Of a DNA stretch of 24,424 nucleotides, positions 9,174 to 16,940 are shown piece after piece. Each line of letters starts with the position of its first letter. Positions within the stretch are counted from its first letter, which is position 1. Under the pieces are notes generated by a model. The model saw only the letters and a program-made list of their open reading frames with translations. It was not told the DNA's origin and searched no databases. The position numbers were made by a program, and so were the translations under genes. Source of the DNA: Candidatus Odinarchaeota archaeon (GTDB lineage Archaea; Asgardarchaeota; Odinarchaeia; Odinarchaeales; Odinarchaeaceae); contig JAWBON010000016.1 of the NCBI GenBank assembly GCA_038826135.1, positions 1-24,424 on the forward strand, read 5' to 3'.

Positions 9174-9620
9174 GTGAGATGGACTGGAATGTATGAGGGT
9201 AAAGTTGTAAAGAAAGGTGAGATTTCATTTCAACAAGCTCTTAACATTGTTAGAGAGAAAGGCATGGCTAACACAGGCGCGATCGCCTCTTTTATAGGGG
9301 TTGTCAGACCGACGTCTAAAACAGGTAGACGTGTTAAAAGCCTTTATATAGAGGCTTGGCGGGATGCTGCTAACACTTCACTTAGCAGAATAGCCCGTGA
9401 ACTCTCTGAAAAAAAAGGCGTGTCCAGTGTTCTAATATATCATTTTGAAGGAGAGTTGAAAGTAGGGGATGAAATCGTGTACGTTATTGTTTCAGGAGAT
9501 CACAGGGAGAATATTCTCCCAGTTTTAACAGAGGCTGTTGAGAGATATAAACATGAATCTGAGATCTGGAAGAAAGAGGTTTTTGAAAACGGTGACGCTA
9601 ACTGGGTTGAAGAAGTTTAA
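9174..9620 (+). CDS. moaE: Molybdopterin synthase catalytic subunit MoaE (start may be ATG 9189)
   Basis: GAIASFIGVVR, HFEGELKVGDEIVYVIVSGDHR, K...IWKKE..ENG..WV. Confidence 0.88.
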   Translation: MRWTGMYEGKVVKKGEISFQQALNIVREKGMANTGAIASFIGVVRPTSKTGRRVKSLYIEAWRDAANTSLSRIARELSEKKGVSSVLIYHFEGELKVGDEIVYVIVSGDHRENILPVLTEAVERYKHESEIWKKEVFENGDANWVEEV

Positions 9621-9638
9621 ATGGTGCGAGGGGTGGGA

Positions 9639-9655
9639 TTCTCGCACATAAGTGT
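9639..9655 (-). other. tRNA intron, T-loop position 59/60 (17 nt)
   Basis: Full BHB fold: GTGGG/CCCAC outer helix, TTCG/CGAG central helix, AAA and AAT bulges, CAC-TTAT-GTG inner hairpin. Cutting after nt 2 of each bulge restores TTCGAAT. Confidence 0.93.
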
Positions 9656-9672
9656 TTCGAACCCACGAAAGT

Positions 9673-9689
9673 TTGTGCGAAATATTTCT
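9673..9689 (-). other. tRNA intron in the long variable arm (17 nt)
   Basis: GTGC/GCAC central helix, AGA and AAA bulges, GAA-ATAT-TTC inner hairpin; outer helix poor (relaxed BHB). Excision restores a Leu-type variable hairpin. Confidence 0.85.
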
Positions 9690-9764
9690 CTGCACTAAAG
9701 GATCTTGAGTCCTTCCCCGTTGACCGCTTGGGTACCCTCGCAAGTAGAATATAGATGTGAATTC

Positions 9765-9780
9765 ATATTAAATTTTTTGC
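9765..9780 (-). promoter_or_regulatory. BRE/TATA promoter of tRNA-Leu
   Basis: Minus strand GCAAAAAA-TTTAATAT, with the TATA element 24-31 nt upstream of the tRNA 5' G. Confidence 0.6.
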
Positions 9781-9795
9781 GTGAAAATCTTCTAG

Positions 9796-10104
9796 CTATA
9801 ACTTAGCTTCACCCGTCTTATTTTTCTCAGTATTTAATCCCTCTATTTTTGATTGAAATTCTAAAAGAAGTTTTGTTAAAGGATGGTTTTCCACAAGATA
9901 TATTACCCGCATAAGATTACCGACTTTAATTTCACCTACCACACCAAGCCTTATAAAATTGTCAATAAGCCTCCCAACCGTTGAATTAGCTAAAGAAGTT
10001 CGCCTAGCAACCTCCGATAAATTCATAAGACTGCCCCGGGTTTTGAGCATAAACTGGAGTAGTTTAACCTGACCCGCGTCGCCGAATATATCTATAAACT
10101 TCAT
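9796..10104 (-). CDS. Winged helix-turn-helix DNA-binding protein
   Basis: NLSEVARRTSLANSTVGRLIDNFIRLGVV HTH followed by a beta-wing. SD GAGAGGG. Confidence 0.75.
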   Translation of the reverse strand: MKFIDIFGDAGQVKLLQFMLKTRGSLMNLSEVARRTSLANSTVGRLIDNFIRLGVVGEIKVGNLMRVIYLVENHPLTKLLLEFQSKIEGLNTEKNKTGEAKL

Positions 10105-10122
10105 TGAAAACCCTCTCAGATT

Positions 10123-10809
10123 TTATTTTAATATTCTTGTTCCCACCATCTCGCCTTTAATAATACGTAGAATGTTCTCAGGATTCTTACCGTTAACTAT
10201 CCATGTAGGTATATTAGATCTTCCTATTATTCTTATAGCAAGCGGGTCGAAAAGTTGATACTCTCCAGCTCTCATAGACTCTGAGTGAAGGATTTTTTCA
10301 AGCTCTGTCGTTGAAACCTCGTTTAAAAGTTTAGCGTCAGGGTTTTTCATCGGATTCTTATCGTAGACACCGTCAACATTAGTCAAATTTATTACGCAGT
10401 CGGCTGAAACAGTCTCAGCTAATAGGGCTGCAACAGCATTTGTAGATTGACCCGGCTGCACACCACCCATGACAAGAACCCTGTTTAAAGTCAGAAGCTT
10501 TGAAGCCTCTCTGAAATTCTGAACAGGATAAGGATAAGCCGTCTCTTTTAACGCTCCTATTAGAACCATGCTGTTAAGCCTAGCACAGTCTATTCCAACC
10601 TCATCGCAGACAGCTTCAGAAGCCCCCAGGCTTCTCATATAATTAATATACTCTCTTGCTAAAGAACCCCCGCCGACAACAACTAAAACTGAATGAGATT
10701 CTTTAACCAGTTTCTTAATAATCTTAGCATATTCCTCTACACTTTTCAAGCTTATATTCCCGTTTTCTCCTTTAATGATTGAACCGCCTATTTTCAACAC
10801 AATCCTCAT
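10123..10809 (-). CDS. pyrH: Uridylate kinase
   Basis: VLKIGGS, VVGGGSLAREY, GGVQPGQSTNAVAALLAE, TNVDGVYDKNP, FDPLA. Confidence 0.95.
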   Translation of the reverse strand: MRIVLKIGGSIIKGENGNISLKSVEEYAKIIKKLVKESHSVLVVVGGGSLAREYINYMRSLGASEAVCDEVGIDCARLNSMVLIGALKETAYPYPVQNFREASKLLTLNRVLVMGGVQPGQSTNAVAALLAETVSADCVINLTNVDGVYDKNPMKNPDAKLLNEVSTTELEKILHSESMRAGEYQLFDPLAIRIIGRSNIPTWIVNGKNPENILRIIKGEMVGTRILK

Positions 10810-10964
10810 GAAAATAACCCCGCTGCCTATTATTATAATTATAATTCTAATAAGTGATATTTTTAGATTCCCCTTTGATAGGATTCTAATATTTCAAATA
10901 AACGCTGATTCTCCAAAAGATTATTAAATAAAAGAATTATTTGTTAATTGAGTAATCCGCCGGA

Positions 10965-10997
10965 AACCTTTAATTCTAAAGGTTAAAAGTTATAAAA
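10965..10997 (+). promoter_or_regulatory. 8-bp inverted repeat abutting the probable BRE/TATA of aRF1
   Basis: AACCTTTA-ATTC-TAAAGGTT (10965-10984), followed by AAAAGTTATAAAA about 45-55 nt before the TTG start. Confidence 0.45.
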
Positions 10998-11039
10998 CCG
11001 GTCACGTGAAACCACTGAATATGTTGTTGAGGCCTACCA

Positions 11040-12284
11040 TTGTCGGAGAGTATTTCACTACAAAAGTTTAGGTTAAAAAAATTAATCCAAGACCTTAAAT
11101 CTAAGAGAGGATACCACACCGAGCTTATATCACTGTATATTCCTCCGAGCAAAGTGTTAAGTGATGTTACCAATCAATTGAATCAGGAGTATGGTACAGC
11201 TTCAAACATAAAATCTAAAACTACTAGGAAGAATGTTCTGGACTGTATCACTAAAACCACTCAGAGATTGAAAATGATTGACAGGGTACCAGAGAATGGC
11301 ATAGTCATCTTCACCGGAGCTATACCGCAAAACGGGCAGGGGAGTGAAAAAATCGAGCAATACGTGATCACACCGCCTAAACCAATTAACATATATAAGT
11401 ATCTTTGTTCAAGCGAATTCTATCTTGAACCTTTAGAGGAGCAATTAGCTGAAGAAGAATCCTACGGTCTTATCGCAGTCGATAGAAGTGAAGCTTCATT
11501 CGCTGTTTTAACAGGTCGAACCCTGCAAATTATGAAAACAATAACTTCCGGGGCTCCTAGTAAACACGACGCTGGCGGCCAGTCTGCTCGACGTTTTGAA
11601 CGGGTAATAGAGCAATTAGCCCACGAGTTTAATGTCAGAGTAGGCGAGTACGCTAATAAAATCTTCTTGGAAATAAAGAATTTGAAGGGCATCGTAGTAG
11701 GCGGGCCCGGTCCTACAAAAGATAAATTCGTTCAAGGATCTTACTTAGACTACAGGTTGAAAGAGAAAATCCTGGCTGTAATAGACATCGGGTACTCTGA
11801 TGAAACAGGTATCAAAGAATTAGTTTCAAGAGCTGAAGAAGTTTTTAAAAACGTCCGCTTCGTTGAAGAGAAAAGACTAGTTCAGGAATTTCTAAGTAAG
11901 CTTTCAAAAGATACTGGGCTAGCTATATACGGGGAAAGAGAGGTTAAAAATGCTTTAAATGAGGGGAGCGCTGCAATTATTTTAATATCTGAAAGTGTTG
12001 ACATATATAAAATATCTGTTAAATGCATTCAATGCGAGTATGTTGAAGAGAAAACCGTTAACGGTAAAGATATAAGTAAATTCAGAGGGGAGATTAGTAA
12101 CCTAGCCTGCCCTAAATGTAACGGGCCGCTTAATATAGTATCCGAGAAAAACGTAATAGATGAGATAAGCGAGCTAGCTGATTTAACAAGCGCTAGAGTT
12201 GAAATTATTTCAACAGATACTGAGGAAGGCGCTCAACTCCTCAACTTCGGTGGAATTGCCGCCATACTCCGGTATAAAGCTTAA
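11040..12284 (+). CDS. prf1: Peptide chain release factor aRF1
   Basis: TASNIKS, YLCSSEF (YxCxxxF), GGQS, GFGG-like NFGGIAAILRY end, CxxC...CxxC insertion in the C domain. Confidence 0.97.
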   Translation: MSESISLQKFRLKKLIQDLKSKRGYHTELISLYIPPSKVLSDVTNQLNQEYGTASNIKSKTTRKNVLDCITKTTQRLKMIDRVPENGIVIFTGAIPQNGQGSEKIEQYVITPPKPINIYKYLCSSEFYLEPLEEQLAEEESYGLIAVDRSEASFAVLTGRTLQIMKTITSGAPSKHDAGGQSARRFERVIEQLAHEFNVRVGEYANKIFLEIKNLKGIVVGGPGPTKDKFVQGSYLDYRLKEKILAVIDIGYSDETGIKELVSRAEEVFKNVRFVEEKRLVQEFLSKLSKDTGLAIYGEREVKNALNEGSAAIILISESVDIYKISVKCIQCEYVEEKTVNGKDISKFRGEISNLACPKCNGPLNIVSEKNVIDEISELADLTSARVEIISTDTEEGAQLLNFGGIAAILRYKA

Positions 12285-12300
12285 TCGGATGGTGCTGTTA

Positions 12301-13206
12301 ATGAATGGTAAAGAAGCTGAATTAAACAATCAGATAAATATTCTAGTTCAGAATTTTTTTAAAGCCGCTACTATCCAACAGGCTAATCAAATCCTAGGTG
12401 AAATAAAAGAGGCTTTAAATCGACTTAAAAACAATTATAATGAACAGGGAAACCAGGTGATGGCTAATCTAACAGATTGTAGGTTAATTGTATGGGATGC
12501 TTACCAGCTTTACATAGACGCTAAAAAATATTTAATCGAGTCTGGAATATCTGATGAACGCGGCCAGTTTACAATAGGATTCACAAGACGCGGGGTAATC
12601 GTGCAAAACAGGAGAGGAAGATACATTGTAACCGCTAAAGATGTTTTAAACAGAATAAAGCTTTCAAACGAGTTTTTGAAAACAATAAGAAGCGTCAAAG
12701 ACATCCCCGGTAAAACATATGAAGCGATTAAAAAAACCTATAGCTTGATTAATCAAGTAAGCGATGAAGAAAACCGGAACGTAATCACACGTTTCCTAAT
12801 AAACTGGACTAAACTCCTTTTACAGTGGAAAATCGAGCTGCTAGCACTAGCAGTTATCACAGTTATTTTAAAAAGTGATCCCGCTGAATATAAACAGCTA
12901 GTGGAGAAGCATAAAGAGCTAGCAGCCCAGTTAGACGCATTATTCCAAGGACAAAAATATCAGAAAACAATCATATTAGATAACGCCACCTACCAGGAGA
13001 TTAAAAGCAGTCTCCAAGCGAAATACTATGATTTAACCCAGAGGAAAGGAGGCTTACTCGGCGGCGGTGGCACTCAAGACATACTTCTCTTCTTAAATGA
13101 CGCTGAAAAAATACAGGACATCACCATACCCGCCTATGTTTTTGAACTAGATTTTAAAGAATTATTCCCTAAAGAACTGCAAAGTGATAAACCAGCCCCA
13201 AGCTAA
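12301..13206 (+). CDS. Hypothetical, mostly alpha-helical protein (301 aa)
   Basis: Long open frame filling the aRF1-valS gap. Start moved to ATG 12301 (SD-like GGATGGTG) to avoid an 86-nt overlap with aRF1. No family recognised. Confidence 0.75.
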   Translation: MNGKEAELNNQINILVQNFFKAATIQQANQILGEIKEALNRLKNNYNEQGNQVMANLTDCRLIVWDAYQLYIDAKKYLIESGISDERGQFTIGFTRRGVIVQNRRGRYIVTAKDVLNRIKLSNEFLKTIRSVKDIPGKTYEAIKKTYSLINQVSDEENRNVITRFLINWTKLLLQWKIELLALAVITVILKSDPAEYKQLVEKHKELAAQLDALFQGQKYQKTIILDNATYQEIKSSLQAKYYDLTQRKGGLLGGGGTQDILLFLNDAEKIQDITIPAYVFELDFKELFPKELQSDKPAPS

Positions 13207-13247
13207 AATATTTAAAACCTCTAAAAAAACACTCAGGTCGGATAACC

Positions 13248-15746
13248 ATGTTCACACCTAAAATCTTAGAGAAAAGATGGTCGCCGGAGCTTGAAGAAAC
13301 CATAATAGAGCAATGGCTTCTGAAGAAAACATATATTTTTAACAAGCATACAAGTAAAAAAATATTTTCAATAGACACCCCCCCACCTTACGCATCCGGT
13401 AAATGGCATCTAGGCGGAGCTATACACTACTCTCAAATAGATATGATCGCCAGAGTTAAAAGAATGCTCGGCTATGAAGTCCTCTTCCCACTCGGAATAG
13501 ATCGAAACGGTCTACCGATTGAAGTTCAAACAGAGAAAGAGCATAATATAAGAATGCGAGAAACCCCCAGGGAAAAATTCATCGAACTCTGCCGCAAACT
13601 TTTAGATAAATATGAGAGTGAAATAATCAATATAGCTAAACGGCTTGGATTAAGCTGCAACTCCTTCATAGATAACTCAATATATAGAACAGACAGCCCA
13701 GATTACAGGAGAATAACTCAAGCCACCTTCATAGACCTCTGGAAAAAAAACCTAATCTACATCGACGAACGGGCGAATAACTGGTGCCCTGTATGCGGCA
13801 CCACTCTAGCAGACGCTGAAATAGAGTACACTGAAATGGATACAAACCTGAACCATATAGTTTTCAAAGTTAAAGAAACAGGTGAAAACATAATCATCGC
13901 CACAACCAGGCCTGAACTACTACCCGCATGCGCTGTGATAATGGTTAACCCGGATGATGAAAGATACAAACACCTACAAGGGAAAACAGCGATAATCCCG
14001 CTTTTCAACATAGAAGTGCCGATCATAGCCCACCCAGCCGCGCAAATAGAGTTCGGCACCGGCATAGTAATGACATGCTCATACGGGGATTACACGGATG
14101 TCCGCCTCTTCAGAGAGCTTAACCTAACACCGATAAACGCTATCACCCCTGAAGGTCGAATGACAGATAAAGCTGGACCATACCAGGGGCTTACAGTCAA
14201 AGAAGCTCGTGAAAGAATAGTGCAAGACCTAACCAATATGGGACTTATAACCAAGATCGAGAAAATAAAGCATAGAACCCCCACCTGCTGGAGATCCAAA
14301 AACCCGATAGAATTCATACAAATGCCTGAATACTATCTAAACCAAAACGACTACAGAGAACCATTACTAGAGATCACTGAAAAAATAAAATGGCATCCCC
14401 CCTATTATAAACAGATACTATTAGACTGGTTAAACTCCATCTCAATGGATTGGCCTATCAGCAGAAGAAGATACTATGGAACTGAAATCCCAATATGGTA
14501 TTGCAACAACTGCGGCAAACCCTACACACCACCCCCGGGAAAATACTATCAACCTTGGAGAGAACCACCCCCCGTTGAAAAATGCCCACACTGCAACAGC
14601 AACACCGGATTCAAAGGAGAGGAGAGAACCTTCGACACCTGGTTCGACTCAGGCATAAGCCAGCTACAAATATTACACTATCTACGCGATAAAGAATTCT
14701 TTGAAAAAGCATTCCCCTGCTCTATAAGACCGCAAGGAAAAGACATCATACGCACCTGGCTATACTACAGTCTCCTCCGAACATACCAGCTATTAGAGAA
14801 AGCCGCCTTCGAAAACGTTTGGATCTCAGGAATGGTCTTAGACGAGCAAGGCCGAGCCATGCACAAATCACTCGGAAACATAGTATGGGTGGAACCCCTC
14901 ATAAAAAAATACGGCTCAGACGCGCTAAGACTATTCGGCTGCTTGGAAGCAAGCCTAGGAAGCGATATAAGATTCTCAGAAGAACGGCTCAGCGGCGCCT
15001 ACAAATTCCTCACAAAACTCTGGAACATAGCAAGATTCATCTCAACATTCCCACATATTGAAAAAACCAGTAAACTAGAAGCTGCTGATAAATGGATACT
15101 ATTCAAACTCAACGAAGTTATTAAAATCTCTAAAAACGGATATGAAAAACTCGACTTCCAACCAGCCGCCATAAACATAAGAAGCTTCACATGGGACCTC
15201 TTCGCATCCCACTACCTAGAACTTGTAAAATCAAGATGCTACAACCGCGATAACTCTTTCACTCCACAGCAACAAGAATCCGCATGGTACACCATACACC
15301 ACTGCCTCAACACGATACTAAAACTATTAGCACCCATCTGCCCCTTCATCACAGAGAAAATCTACACGCAAATATACTCTCAAACAGAAAGCATACACCA
15401 CCAGCCTCTACCCACACCAGACCAGAAAATAGCAGCAGAAATGAAAGAGGATAAAACAGAACTGATAACCCAGTTTAATAAAGCAATATGGGCCTTCAAA
15501 AACAAATATAACATACCGTTAAACGGCCCGATCGAAAAAGTATACGCGCCTCAAGAACTAGCTGAATACAGCGAGGATCTTAAAAAAATGCACAACATCC
15601 AAAACCTACAATACAACCAGCCTTCAAACGAATCCATATTCAAACAATTAGAAGAAGCATCCGAAGGCAAACAAACCAAAACCTACATTAAAATAAATGT
15701 GAACAACATATCACAGGAAAAAATATACATAGAAAACACTATTTAA
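13248..15746 (+). CDS. valS: Valine--tRNA ligase (archaeal type)
   Basis: IDTPPPYASG, HIGH-equivalent HLGG, ATTRPELL editing domain, DWPISRRRYYG, FDTWFDS, KMSKS-equivalent AMHKSLGN, YGSDALR. Confidence 0.95.
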   Translation: MFTPKILEKRWSPELEETIIEQWLLKKTYIFNKHTSKKIFSIDTPPPYASGKWHLGGAIHYSQIDMIARVKRMLGYEVLFPLGIDRNGLPIEVQTEKEHNIRMRETPREKFIELCRKLLDKYESEIINIAKRLGLSCNSFIDNSIYRTDSPDYRRITQATFIDLWKKNLIYIDERANNWCPVCGTTLADAEIEYTEMDTNLNHIVFKVKETGENIIIATTRPELLPACAVIMVNPDDERYKHLQGKTAIIPLFNIEVPIIAHPAAQIEFGTGIVMTCSYGDYTDVRLFRELNLTPINAITPEGRMTDKAGPYQGLTVKEARERIVQDLTNMGLITKIEKIKHRTPTCWRSKNPIEFIQMPEYYLNQNDYREPLLEITEKIKWHPPYYKQILLDWLNSISMDWPISRRRYYGTEIPIWYCNNCGKPYTPPPGKYYQPWREPPPVEKCPHCNSNTGFKGEERTFDTWFDSGISQLQILHYLRDKEFFEKAFPCSIRPQGKDIIRTWLYYSLLRTYQLLEKAAFENVWISGMVLDEQGRAMHKSLGNIVWVEPLIKKYGSDALRLFGCLEASLGSDIRFSEERLSGAYKFLTKLWNIARFISTFPHIEKTSKLEAADKWILFKLNEVIKISKNGYEKLDFQPAAINIRSFTWDLFASHYLELVKSRCYNRDNSFTPQQQESAWYTIHHCLNTILKLLAPICPFITEKIYTQIYSQTESIHHQPLPTPDQKIAAEMKEDKTELITQFNKAIWAFKNKYNIPLNGPIEKVYAPQELAEYSEDLKKMHNIQNLQYNQPSNESIFKQLEEASEGKQTKTYIKINVNNISQEKIYIENTI

Positions 15747-15747
15747 A

Positions 15748-15822
15748 GGGCCGGTAGATCAGTGGAAGATCGCCGCCCTCGCACGGCGGAGGCCGCGGGT
15801 TCAAATCCCGCCCGGTCCACCA
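15748..15822 (+). tRNA. tRNA-Ala(CGC), intronless, CCA encoded
   Basis: GGGCCGG/CCGGTCC acceptor (G3:U70), GATC/GATC D-stem, CCGCC-CTCGCAC-GGCGG anticodon arm, GCGGG-TTCAAAT-CCCGC T-arm. Confidence 0.97.
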
Positions 15823-15928
15823 AATTTTTAAATATTAAACTATTTATTCGTATATCAGTTTTCCAAGTTTGAAACTTCAATCAACGCCATATATGCTTTC
15901 ATATAATTGTATCACGGTGGATAATTCT

Positions 15929-16754
15929 ATGACGGGGGTTGGTGTTTATTCAGAGAATAGAAATTTGCTATTATTCTTTTTAATCGCTTTTGCATGGTCT
16001 TGGTTTTTCTGGTTATTCAAATTTTAGGTTTCAATTTTTATATAGCTCCCTTTGGCCCATTTGTAGCCGCGTTTTTGCTAACTTATCTTCGAGAGGGGGT
16101 TAAAGGTGTTAAAGAATTGTTGAGGAGAGGTTTCGACCCGCGAATCAGGAAAGTTTGGTATATCCCTGTTTTCTTGCTTTGGCCTATAATCTGTGGTCTA
16201 TCTATGTTACTGGTGCTTTTGAATGAAGGTGTTGTTCCAGAACTGGTTGTGTTCTCTCAACCATGGTTGATTCTTTGGAATTTTGTTTACATATTCTTTC
16301 TAGGAGGCCGCTTCAAGAGGAATTTGGTTGGCGGGGTTATGCTCTTCCACGTTTTCAAGCCAAGTACTCGGCTCTTATTTCCAGCGTAGTATTAGGGATT
16401 ATCTGGGCTGTTTGGCATTTTCCTTTAAACTTCATGTACTGGTTAGGTCCACCGTATGAATTGGGATTATCAATGTTTCTAAGCACTGTTATCTTATTCA
16501 TATTCGTGTCAATTCTATTCACATGGATATACAATAATACTGGTGGAAGTATTCTAGCCGCTTTAATATTTCATACAATGCTGAACCTGTCAACATATGT
16601 TGTTTTCCCCGTGTTTGAAACACAAACCGGTCCCACATTCTATTTCACATTTATAATCATCGCGTCAATAATTATAATAGCAGTTTTCGGATTTAAAACA
16701 ATGATGCGTAAAGGGAAAGTTTCAACTAACATTAAAATAAGCGATGCTACCTGA
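15929..16754 (+). pseudogene. CPBP (CAAX protease/Abi) family intramembrane glutamic protease, two -1 frameshifts
   Basis: ATG 15929 gives MTGVGVYSENRNLLLFFLIAFAWSWFF. A shift at about 16004-16018 enters the 15994 ORF, and a shift at 16308-16309 enters the 16263 ORF (GG[P]LQEEFGWRGYALP, WAVWHFP, FHTMLN). Repaired length is 275 aa. Confidence 0.85.
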
Positions 16755-16898
16755 CGGTTTTAAATTGTTTAATTTCTTTTACTTAATTTTAAAATATCTA
16801 AAAATAAAGTCGATTAATTTTCATCAGGCTCGCTAATATCTTATTAGACGCAGTTTGTAAAGTAACCGTTATTAAGGATTTTATAATATAAAAGCCAT

Positions 16899-16939
16899 GG
16901 GCAAATTTTATTCCCGGTAGAATTAAGGTTTATTTGCCC
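16899..16939. promoter_or_regulatory. Inverted repeat between TATA-like box and methylase start codon
   Basis: GGGCAAAT (16899-16906) ... ATTTGCCC (16932-16939) with inner ATTC/GAAT pairing. TTTATAATA lies at about 16880-16888. Confidence 0.4.
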
Positions 16940-16940
16940 G

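Larger units (their letters stand above)
9622..9741 (-). tRNA. tRNA-Leu(CAA) with two non-canonical introns, CCA encoded
   Basis: Minus strand: acceptor GCGAGGG/CCCTCGC, D-stem CCC/GGG, anticodon arm AAGGA-CTCAAGA-TCCTT. Removing two 17-nt inserts gives variable arm AGT-GCAG-ACT and T-arm GTGGG-TTCGAAT-CCCAC, 86 nt in total. Confidence 0.95.

Noticed and set aside
9525-9743. 72-aa minus-strand ORF
   Set aside because: It is the tRNA-Leu gene plus antisense moaE read as codons.
12199-12300. N-terminal extension of the 335-aa ORF
   Set aside because: It overlaps the conserved aRF1 C-terminus. ATG 12301 has its own SD-like motif.
15856-15880. TTCCAAGTTTGAAAC, resembling an ORB origin box near the skew flip
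   Set aside because: Spacing between TTCCA and GAAAC is 5 nt rather than 3, it is a single copy with no G-string, and no orc1/cdc6 is nearby.
15994-16389. Programmed frameshift or Sec/Pyl readthrough explanation for split genes
   Set aside because: No canonical slippery heptamer with a downstream structure was seen at these junctions, and the breaks are frame changes rather than in-frame stops.
16628-16644. CGGTCCCAC-ATTCTATT, matching the tRNA-Ile 3' end and trailer (21677-21694) at 17 of 18 positions with one gap; possible att site
   Set aside because: It lies upstream of the tRNA rather than downstream, inside an uninterrupted part of the CPBP reading frame, and there is no integrase. 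Treated as probable chance, though a read check for a 5-kb circle would settle it.
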